A stretch of 64,000 nucleotides of DNA from Octopus bimaculoides. Taxonomy: Eukaryota. Below are positions 53,638 to 64,000 of this stretch, piece after piece; position 1 is the first letter of the stretch; each line of letters starts with the position of its first letter. The stretch covers positions 127,666,439 through 127,730,438 of the forward strand of contig NC_068981.1 in assembly GCF_001194135.2 (NCBI RefSeq). Direction: 5' to 3'. The notes under the pieces are model-generated. The model did not search any database and was not told the origin of the DNA. It saw only the letters and a list, made by a program, of their open reading frames with translations. The translations under genes were made by a program, and so were the position numbers.

Positions 53638-53754
53638 TGAATTTACTAATGATAACCGTTCTTGGACAATCATTTCTGTGTTTTTCCGATAGGTAGCATC
53701 TTCAGGCATCTTTGCCAAGGTGCGTAGAATTTTTCCATAGAGAATTTTCAGGGT
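53638..53754 (-). CDS. NDUFA5: NDUFA5 exon 3 (TLKILYGKILRTLAKMPEDATYRKNTEMIVQERLSLVNS)
   Basis: ctacag acceptor and gtgagt donor; 117 nt; ETC_C1_NDUFA5 motif LYxKIL...YRKxTE. Confidence 0.96.
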
Positions 53755-53879
53755 CTGTAGAAAGAACAAGAGAAAAGTTTGAGAGAAAAACAAAGAGGAA
53801 AATGTAGAGAGGAAAGGCTTACCTTACATAACAAATTTTAAAACTAGCATTATTATAATTATTATTACTACACACGAAA

Positions 53880-54190
53880 TATTACCCTTATCGAGCGAGA
53901 TTGTTGCCAGTGCCCCTGGACTGGCTCTTGTGCGGGTGGCACATAAAATACACCATTTTGAGCGTGGCCGTTGCCTGTACCGCCTGACTGGCCTTCGTGC
54001 GGGTGACATGTAAAAGCACCCACTACACTCTCTGAGTGGTTGGCGTTAGGAAGGGCATCCAGCTGTAGAAACTCTGCCAAATCAGATTGGAGCCTGGTGT
54101 TGCCATCCAGTTTCACCAGTCCTCAGTCAAATCGTCCAACCCATGCTAGCATGGAAAACGGACGTTAAACGATGATGATGATGATGATGA
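53880..54190 (+). mobile_element. RTE 3'UTR copy in NDUFA5 intron 2
   Basis: One 62-bp-type unit plus the conserved 3' end and (GAT)n tail. Older, more diverged 3' ends lie at about 40530-40760, 51800-52010 and 58220-58420. Confidence 0.88.
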
Positions 54191-55182
54191 TTTTCATTAT
54201 AGTGCTGCAAACTCTTACAAGAAAAAGCATTTATCATAAACATTGTTTCTGTAATTGCCTCAGTAAATTTAAATGTATTTTAAGTTGAAGTGGCAGAGGA
54301 GCTTCAACTTGTATTGACTTGTAACTGATACTTCTGGGAGAGAACATTGTAATGAGAATTGTATCTCAGGTAAGTTTGGTTGATCAATTTAGTTCCATAC
54401 CCAAAGTGCTGCTCCACTGGAACCATTATTATTGCTGGGTCCTCATACCAATATTAGAAATCCTCGTCATTATCATCTTTTTCAGTAGTTGACTCATTTG
54501 AAAAAGAATTACTTTATGGATACATTGTTAGTTTCCTGGCAGAAAAGTAAGGGGTTCTTATTTCATTATTGGTGGCAGAACAGGTATGGGGAGAAAATAA
54601 CGACTAAATTTCTTCACACATTCACATACTGATGGCTTTAAGTATATAGTTGTGGTTGTGGTTGTAGTAGTGTGATAATAGCAGTAGCTATACATTGGGC
54701 TGCTGATTGATGTAGTGGTGACTGAAGCAATGCGGTAGTGATGATGGCATCTGTTGAGGTGTGGTAATACCACCATTCAGCTAGAAAAAGTGTCTTACTA
54801 ATTTTCAGCAATTTAGGATGAAGTAAATAGAATAAATAGCTGTTTAAAAAAAAAGAGATAAAAACTTAGTACTTTGCTGTCAGTTACAAAAACTTGAACC
54901 TTCCAGCCACTCTAGCTTGGTGAATGAATTATGATCAGTAAATGATAATTTGGCTTTCATAAATGGAGAGAACTATTTTATTTTGTTCCTTATTTTTGGT
55001 CAACTTCATGACATAGCTATACACAAAGGACAGAAAAGTTAACAAAATTACAACCAAAACATTTACTTTACAGTCACAAAAAAGATTTTAAATATTGGAA
55101 AATGGGATTAATCCAGTCACCATTGGTCTGTGGTAAACCACTTTCAATAATATTCAATTCAATAAAAATATAAGTAATATTT

Positions 55183-55661
55183 ATATTAATAATTATCGCC
55201 AAGCCAACATGGCAGTCCCAAATATAGGACGAATGCTGCCTAGCTCCAAGAGGCCATTGCCTCTAGCTAGCTATGTGACACACGAATCTGTGTCCTTTAT
55301 AACCTTCGAACAGGGGAGGTCAGCAGCTTCCCCTTGCTGGTTTGACATCTGCAGACTAGACTAGTTTCAGGGTGTTGCCCCTTGTCAATGCAGAGCAGCC
55401 GAGCCCCAGCAGGCGTCACTACTGACTATCTGTAGGAAGGTTATTTATTTAATTTCAGTGGAATACATCCACTGGTTTTCAGAAATAGAATTATTAATAT
55501 TACTAAGTCTCTCTAAAGGAGACTACGGCAGCGGTACTGGATATTAATAATTATCGCCAAGCCACCATGGCAGTCCCAAATATAGGACGAATGCTGCCGT
55601 GGATTAGCTCCAAGAGGCCATCGCCTCTAGCTAGCTATGTGACACACGAATCTGTGTCCTT
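55183..55661. repeat. Direct repeat pair (115 and 121 bp, period 358 bp)
   Basis: atattaataattatcgccaagcc...gaatctgtgtcctt at 55183-55297 and 55541-55661; the second copy has an extra 6 nt. Confidence 0.92.
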
Positions 55662-56524
55662 ATTTATATGGTCTAAATAAAGAATGAGAATGTAAAAGCC
55701 TCCATTAATTTTTGATATAAATTCAGTCAGAGGATGTGTACAATTTGAAAGCAACAGTTAACTTGTAAATAAAATTTCTGTTGCACTTTTTATTTTTATT
55801 TGTTTTTGTCTTTAGTCACTAAGTGTTATTTCCTCCTTGCTTCTATCTAGAGACCAAAGGAAATGACTGCTATTCCCTTCAAACTTTGCTTTTGTGATCT
55901 GGACATCGATGTTTTGAAACTGACCTATTTTCCATTACATTTCAGATAGATTCAGTGCTGAGTTGTTCAAGCATAAAATATTCTTTTCTACTCTAGGCAC
56001 AAGGCCTGAAACTTTTGGGGAGGGGCCCAGTTGATTAGATCGACCCCAGTATGCAACTGGTACTTAATTTATCGACCCTGAAAGGATGAAAGGCAAAGTT
56101 GACCTCAGCAGAATTTGAACTCAGAACATAAAGACAGACGAAATACCACTAAGTATTTTACCCAGTATGCTAATGTTTCTGCCAGCTCACCGCCTTGCTC
56201 AAGCAGAAACATTGTTATAGCAAATATTCTGCTCAATACCACAGATTTGCCCTGTCAGTTGCTTGACTATAACCAGTTGAGCATGTCCCTTAGTGGCTGA
56301 CAATATGTGTATCTCTGATCATAAGCAGGAGTACTGCGGGAGCATCATAGCCATGTGCTGAGAGGGATTCCTTGGGGTTTGAATAAATGTAACAAAGAAA
56401 ATATTAGCCATTTTCCATACTTCCTGGGAGTAAGCAACTAGGAAATAACAGTTGCTACCCAAGGAGAAAAAATATGTCACACTGTTATTAATTTACTGAA
56501 TTCATCAAAGTCAATAATACTCAC

Positions 56525-56569
56525 ATGATGGGGATGTTTAGCAACAGGCAGGCCTGTCAAACCAGTTGT
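56525..56569 (-). CDS. NDUFA5: NDUFA5 exon 2 (TTGLTGLPVAKHPHH)
   Basis: cag acceptor and gtgagt donor on the minus strand; 45 nt; resembles TTGLVGLAVCNTPHE. Confidence 0.95.
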
Positions 56570-56828
56570 CTGTTAAATATATTAAGAAAATACATTCAAA
56601 GAATTGCATCAATATATAAAAATATATTAAGAAAAGTTGTATGAAAATTATCTTTAAAAACATGTATTACAATGGAGAAACAGAACCATAATACATATAT
56701 AAAGCTAAGAAAAAAACACTGAAGTATTGTAGTTAATTACAAATATAAATGTACAAATTTTAAAGAGATTAATTCAGCACCCTCCCCCAAACTTTTGAGG
56801 GAAGGAGAGAAGTGTATGTATGTGTATG

Positions 56829-56862
<34 letters not shown>

Positions 56863-59701
56863 TAAATATACCTTTTACTTGTTTCAGTCATAAGATTGTG
56901 ACCATGCTGGGACACTGCCTTGAATTTTTAGTCAAATGAACTGATCCCAGTGCTTATTCTATTGGTATCTTTTGCCAAACCGCTCTGCTATGTTATGGAG
57001 ATGCAAAAATACCAAAACTGGCTGTCAAGCAGTGGTGGGGGAACAAACACAGACAGACAGACAAATACACAAGGCTTTGCCTGGCCCAAGGCTATAGTAA
57101 AAAAACACTTGCCTAAGGTGCCATATAGTGGGACTAAACCCAAAAGTATGTAGTTGAGAAGCAAGCCTCTTGGCGAGGCTAGGAGCCGTACCAAGCTTCA
57201 TTGCCTGTTTTGGCATGATTTCTACAGCTGGGGGTGGGTGCTTTTTATGTGGCATCCAGTGCCACATAAAAACCACTGTTGCTGGTGCCATGTAAAAAGC
57301 ATATAGTACACAGTTAAGTGGTTGATAGTTAGGAAGGGCATATATATATGTGAATTCTGCATGAATTAGGAAACACTGGTGATTGAAGTTTCATAAAAAG
57401 AATTATAGCCCTTCACTGCATATTGACTATAGAAAATAATCTAACAGGAAAAAAATGAGCATTAGTATGCATATTAATGTCCATTTTTCCTGTTATTGGG
57501 GCTTATATGTCCAAATATTAAGCTATTTTCTCTGGACAATACAAGGCGAAGGCTTATAATTCTATTTCTGAAATATATATATAAAGCATATTAAATAAAA
57601 TTTTGCAAGATATCCGATGCTATATGTACAGATATCCATTTCCTATGGGTAATAATTTGATATCTATAAATAAATTATAGGGTTTCCAATTTAACACTAA
57701 ATTAGGGGTCAACTTACACATGAGTAAACACACAAACTTATATATGTGTGTGTGTGTGCAGTAAAAGAAATATCATTCTCTTCACATAAACCACTCATGA
57801 GCAGGAGTGACAAAGCACCGGTGTTAGTAGCTAGCAGAATATACTGATAATTTCATTTTGTTAAGAGAGACTATTAGTTTTGAGTTCTGTTAAAAAAAAG
57901 TAAGACCTAACCTTTGTTGTTGCTTAGAGCACTTGAATAGACAGACCGATGATCAAAGATAATAACGTTTTTCTCTCCATTTGAATAGAGATTCCTGGAT
58001 ATTACCCAATGTGTCATTTTATATGATTGTAGCGTGTAGCTTAATGGAGATTTGACTGCTATTTTGAGTAAGTCTACTATGTAGTAGCTCTCACAAGAGA
58101 CTGATGAAACTTTTGTCATCATATTAAGCATTTTTACAGTTAAATGCAACTTTTTTATTACGTCCAGTACATCTGTAGTTAGAGCCAGATATATAGAGCA
58201 TAATGTAATGTTCATCATCATTATTCAGCATCTGTTTTCCATGCTGGCATGTGTTAGACAGTTTGACAAGAGTTGGCCAAGCTCTATGTTTGTTTTGGCA
58301 TGATTTCTATGGTTAGATGCCCTTCTTAATGCCAACCACTTTACAGACTGTACGAGGTATTTTTTGCAGCACTGGCACAGGTGCTTTTTATGTCGCACCA
58401 GCACCCACGAGCCTACAAGATTAGGATTGCTCAGCTGAAGAGGGATGTAGGGGACATGCCTGTATACAAGGACAACCACGATTGTACTTAGCTTGACATC
58501 ATGTGTGTGTGTGTGTATGTGTATATATATAAAATACTAATAATTAAACAGAAAACATATATGGTATTCAATGCTTTATAGAACATAATGCAGTGTTGCA
58601 CTTTACCACCTCGTGTGTGTGTATAATTATAGAGTTAAAATTACGTCAACTGACACGCTCCCTTTAAAATACATATACTCTTATTCCAAGGTGCATTTTA
58701 TTGAAGTTAAGCTCATTTAGATGTGTCAGTTTGCCTAAAGGAAGATCGTTATGTCTAAAGGCTCTAAGCATCTTGTGAGTGCTATCCTTTCTCTTAATAC
58801 AACTGTTTATGTTTATAAACAGTTGTATGGGGATATGCAAACGAAGCAGCATAACAACATTCAGTTTCGCCCAAAGTCCTGTAAGTAGTCAGCTCCCTAT
58901 GGAGTCGATAAAACAATTGTAGTGGAAAAGATTCAATCTACACCTTTCGTAAACATTAACTGACGCTGAATACATTATATAAACAAGACTGAATTTGCTA
59001 AAAACAACAACTGAATCTCCTTTCAATGACACCATAGCGTCATCAAAAAAATGGGAGACATTCGATATTGTAATTAGTTTTAAGTGAGCTTATGCAATGA
59101 GAAAAAGACAGCTAGAACACTTTTGATCAGAAGTCTGCTCAGTCAGGGTGACATAAGGTTAAGTAACGACAAACGTAATACAACCTTTTGTTCTGGCTCA
59201 TATATTAGATACGAACTCACAAAAAAAAACTATTTGTTAAGTACAGAATAACAGAAATTATATATTCAAAATGATTGTAGGGGTTGCAAGATCGGCTTTC
59301 TCAAACTTCCTAAAATCAGACCCTATGTATATGAAATTGACGAGTCAACGAGTCTCTATGCGGCCGCTTGACCCGTTAGAAACAGCAGTTAAATCTCTCT
59401 CATATTGTGCATACTACGGTATATACAGTTTTTAACAAAAAAATAAGATATCCCAGCTAGAACGTCTACTCGTTCAAGACTGACCTAGGGCTACAGCATG
59501 AACTATAAATTCTAATGAAGGCTGTTTCAAGGGCACGATACTCTAACACAACAGACGATCAAAATCAGCATTAATAACAACAGCAATAAATGTGAAAAGC
59601 TACTGAAGATATCCAGTATTAAGTTAGAAGTTACCACATCAGGATAGATAACGTCAGACAACGTAAGAATTCAGTAAATAAACAAGAGCTAAGTTACTTA
59701 C

Positions 59702-59722
59702 AACCTTCACGACACCTGCCAT
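59702..59722 (-). CDS. NDUFA5: NDUFA5 exon 1 CDS (MAGVVKV)
   Basis: On the minus strand ATG GCA GGT GTC GTG AAG GTT followed by gtaagt; resembles human MAGVLKK; 21 nt. Confidence 0.88.
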
Positions 59723-59860
59723 CTTGAGCGGAAATACACACTGAAGTCTGATACGTGTTCGTTAATGTGGTATTCATAAACGGTTATTTGCCTACTATCG
59801 AATAGCAGAATACACATTGAATTGTCGAAGAGAATAAGTATCGCACACTAACAATAACAA
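59723..59860 (-). promoter_or_regulatory. Probable NDUFA5 5'UTR / proximal promoter
   Basis: CpG-retaining stretch directly upstream of the ATG, with an ETS-like cggaaat and a DRE-like tatcgaata. Position-based inference only. Confidence 0.35.
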
Positions 59861-60603
59861 CGAAGAAGAAAGACAGAAAGTGAGAGAGAAAGGAAGAATA
59901 ATAAATAAATAAAATAAAATAAAATAAAATAAAATAAATTTTTTAAATCCCCCCCACCACACAAAATACAAACAGTTCCGGGCATAACTACAGAGTTGTA
60001 CCCCCGCCCCCGACGTTGGAAGGTCAAAGCTTTCAGAAAAATGAATATTTTTTAATGAAATTTTCTATGCATATATTATTTATTATGTAGATTCTGAATA
60101 TACAAAAATTTTCGGTGAAAGTGTTTTGGAATGGGGGTGAGGGTCAATTTTCGGAAATTCCAACAGAGTCCACTTAAATTCCTCTTAACTTCCAGGAAAA
60201 TGAATATTTTTTCGTGAAATTTTATACAAATATACCTTGATGTATGTACATTTCAAGCATGTACGAATTTTGAAGGAAACAACTGCAGGTTATTTTTTGA
60301 GAAGTGTTCCGCAGTCGGTGGTGTTTCGGAGCAAGTCGTCCATAATTGTTTCATTTTTCTCTATTATGTGCGTATGTGCATCCGTAGATTTCTAATGAAG
60401 TAATAAGCAGAAAAGAGAAGCCGTCATAAGAAAACTTACGTTAAAAATAACATGCACACGATTTTTTTTTCTCAATAGAAGTAAATTCCAAAGTAAACGT
60501 TTCTAGTAGAGAAGTAGAAGAGAACAGAAGCAGCGTATTACTTCATTAGAAATCTACGTCGACGTGGGCCACAGACACTTCCGATGGCTCTGAAGATTAT
60601 AAG

Positions 60604-62038
60604 AAATTTTATGAGGAGTGGATTTGCCAACACCCAGTCACACCGACTGAGGAAAAGCTTTTTCAAAAAGCTGGATGAAAGGTTGGCAAAAAAAGTATGG
60701 GGTATCACTGAAATTTCCAAACAATTGCATTTCAATCTCCAAAGAGCAATCTGTTGAGCGCATTCAGGTTTATTTGAAGAACATATGGAGTGTGTGTCGT
60801 TATTTCCTTGACAAATTTGGCATAGATCCTCCTATTATCAATGGAGATCAAATGTCCTTGCACCGGAATGAAAGTAGCGGACGAGCTACCTTATCATTCA
60901 GAAATCAAGATACATTCGTCAAAGAAAACCACCATTTGTCTCGGGAACGTATCACAGTGTTCACCCAGGTTAGTAATGATACCAAAATAAATCTTATCCC
61001 AGAGTTTGTATTTAAAAGAACTGGAAAAAGACCACCACTACCGAATGCCCTGCTGACAATGAAATATCGATGGTCTCCTAAAGGTTCTCATAGATTAGAA
61101 TATCTGCTCTGTACTATTGAAAACCTTCCAAACCGATTCAATATGTTTTCACATACAAACTTTGCCATTTATGTGCTCGGTGATTACGTGGTGCATTTGA
61201 TGCCGGAGGTGAGAGATGTTATATGCCGGAGGTGAAGGGTTATATGCTAATCATCATCGGCGGTGGTATCACCGGGTTTGTTCAAGTTAACGACACACAC
61301 TTGCACAAACAACTGAAAACAAAATATCATGAAATAGAGAAAGTAAAGATGCTAGAAAAGTTAGTTCAAACTCCGAATAAAATACCCACGCCTAATCAAT
61401 CCGAGATGATACAGATGCTACATCAAACACATGCAGACTGCAAGATTGATGTCGAAGCTGCTTTCAAGTCGACGTGGGCCACAGACACTTCCGATGGCTC
61501 TGAAGATTATAAGGTGTCAGACCGAATCATGTACCTCGTCGGTCCGTCGATGCGAGAGTTTCGTCTAGAAATGATGTCAAAACCCTACCCAAATACTATT
61601 CAGAGAGTCATTAAGCAGTTAATTCCGTCAAAAGGGGTCAAGCGTGCAAACGATCTTGAAGGTTCAGAACTATTTGATGGTGACGGCATTGAGGGAAAAG
61701 CTGCTGAAAGTGAGTCGGAAGATGAAAGGGAGCCATCTTGGAATCTTTTGGAGGTAATTGACCCATCTGGAGAAATCCCCATGGAAGATTCGTGGGAGCC
61801 AAAGCACGGTCGGCTGGGAAGCTCTATTTCTCTTGTAGGAATCAGTAGTGATGATTAGGTTAATAAAGATACTCTGTTCCTTGAAAAAATACAGAAGGTG
61901 TTGGATGGAAACAAGACATCCTCACTTTTCTTGCCATATCGAAGCAAACTCATAATAACTGCCAGTGAAACTCGGCGATCCATAAAGAAGCGAATGTCGA
62001 AACCGAGAAACAGAAGGACAGTGACGAAAAAATCATGA
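60604..62038 (+). pseudogene. Frameshifted pogo/Tigger-type (DDE_1) transposase
   Basis: Remnant of an HTH/CENP-B-like region (WMKGWQKKYGVSLK), then INGDQ (D1), ERITV, PEFVFK, LGDYVVH (D2 region) and IGGGITGFVQVND (D3). Frame breaks at about 60660, 61225 and 61856. TIRs not found. Confidence 0.85.
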
Positions 62039-64000
62039 GTCTAGCATTTATACCTATTTACGGAGTGCTATGTTTTATTATGTATAGTAAAATAAATACT
62101 GCATTTTCACGAAATTGTAATTATACTCTTTTCATTGTGTTTTATTTTTCTTTTTTTTAAAAGACATATTACTTATGTCAATATCAGTTTTGTCCACAAC
62201 ATTAAAAAACCCCATAATCACCATAATTAACATATATCTTATTTTTATTATACAAATGTGCGTCTTAACTAAAGTGAACATTTGAAGCACACGTATGTGC
62301 TAATTTCACTTGCCTCTTGTTAATTTCTTTTGCCTCGTTGTGTTGTTATATGTGCTTTAAGATGCTTTTTCTTAATTTTCGTACATACACTATACAGTTA
62401 CTGATTCCTACCCACCTCCGTTTATATGAATTTAAGCAAATGTTNNNNNNNNNNNNNNNNNNNNNNNNNNNNNNNNNNNNNNNNNNNNNNNNNNNNNNNN
62501 NNNNNNNNNNNNNNNNNNNNNNNNNNNNNNNNNNNNNNNNNNNNNNNNNNNNNNNNNNNNNNNNNNNNNNNNNNNNNNNNNNNNNNNNNNNNNNNNNNNN
62601 NNNNNNNNNNNNNNNNNNNNNNNNNNNNNNNNNNNNNNNNNNNNNNNNNNNNNNNNNNNNNNNNNNNNNNNNNNNNNNNNNNNNNNNNNNNNNNNNNNNN
62701 NNNNNNNNNNNNNNNNNNNNNNNNNNNNNNNNNNNNNNNNNNNNNNNNNNNNNNNNNNNNNNNNNNNNNNNNNNNNNNNNNNNNNNNNNNNNNNNNNNNN
62801 NNNNNNNNNNNNNNNNNNNNNNNNNNNNNNNNNNNNNNNNNNNNNNNNNNNNNNNNNNNNNNNNNNNNNNNNNNNNNNNNNNNNNNNNNNNNNNNNNNNN
62901 NNNNNNNNNNNNNNGCAAAGTTGACCTCGGCGGTATTTGAACTGAGAAGATAAAGAGCTCGAAGAAATACCGCTAAGCATTTTGTCTGATGTGCTAACGA
63001 TTCTAACAGCTCGCCGTCCTAATGATATCCAAAGATAATAACGGTTTCAAGTTTTGGCGCAAGGCCAGTAATTTCGGGGAGGGATAAGTAGATTACATCG
63101 ACCCCAGTGTTCAACTGGTACTTATCTTATCGACCCTCAAAGCATGAAAGGCAAAGTTGACCTCGGCGGAATTTGAACTCAGAACGTAAAGACAGACGAA
63201 ATGCCGTGAAGCGTTTTGCCCGGCATGCTTGTGATTCTGTCAGCTCGCTGCCTTGATGCTAATAATAAATCTTTCTACTAAAGGCATAAGGCTTGAAATT
63301 TTTGGGGAGGAGGTAAGTTGATTAGATCAACCCCAGTGTTCAACAGGTAATTATTTTATCGACCCCGAAAGGATAAAAGGTAAAGTCGATCCCGAGGGCA
63401 TTTGAGTTCCGAATGTAAAGATGGATGAAATGCCGCTAATCATTTTGCTCGGCGCACTAACAATTCTGTCAGCTCGCTGCCTTAATAATAATTATATCTG
63501 TTGAGGTAGAAGCTCGTTCCGGCTTTGTAATCTACTTATGATTTTCTCTCGAAACCATATCACTTACACTGCTGATGTTTTTATTAAAGCATATCCCCAT
63601 TATACATCTCTTTAACCTGAATATCAGCCACAAAGATTTCCAGATATTCTGGTTCAGGTCTAATTTCATCGACTGTCTCTACCGCTCTCCAAATTCGTTA
63701 AACCAAAGTTTCTCTTGCCCCCATTGCTCTCCAAATTTGTTAAACCTTGTGGTGAGATGGAGGAAGAAGACAACAAGAAGCAAAAAGACAGAATGAAACG
63801 TTGGACCTTACCTTGCCGACCGCAGCGGAGTACACGATCGCTCCTGATCAGAACGTCTTTCTCGTAACGTCGCTGTTTTCTGACTGACTCCACGTGCTAG
63901 CCTTCGACCCCGTGTCACCGACTTCCGATCTGACCCTTCCGGTCTGGCTTCACCTCTGTTTGCCTCACCCCTCTCCACCACAACACACAGCTCATCACAA

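Overview
AT-rich, repeat-dense animal genomic DNA with 11 N-gaps. The SINE, RTE-LINE and microsatellite content resembles a coleoid cephalopod, probably Octopus (inference). Two spliced genes face each other tail-to-tail. (1) SNX16 (sorting nexin 16, + strand): five coding exons reconstructed by hand (22431-22517, 31485-31633, 33103-33172, 38746-38882, 38974-39115) encode the PX domain, a coiled coil and an acidic tail. Its N-terminal exon(s) were not found, and a separate 3'UTR exon probably starts at 43514. (2) NDUFA5 (complex I subunit B13, - strand): complete, five exons (59702-59722, 56525-56569, 53638-53754, 51337-51402, 47888-47989), 116 aa. The rest is intron or intergenic DNA containing three tRNA-derived SINE families, RTE-clade LINE fragments (one nearly full ORF2), a decayed CR1/L2-group LINE, two non-autonomous Helitrons, TTAA/CCC piggyBac-type MITEs, a mariner MITE and a frameshifted pogo-type transposase. 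The least explained structures are: a GGATC-terminated TIR element family carrying internal TTAGGG repeats (one copy with an 8-bp TSD, one flanked by a 98-bp direct duplication); a 358-bp-period structured partial tandem with a TSD in NDUFA5 intron 2; an 83-bp near-perfect hairpin in an SNX16 intron; and near-identical inverted RTE 3' ends bracketing NDUFA5 exons 3-4. All alignments were made by eye; no database searches were run.
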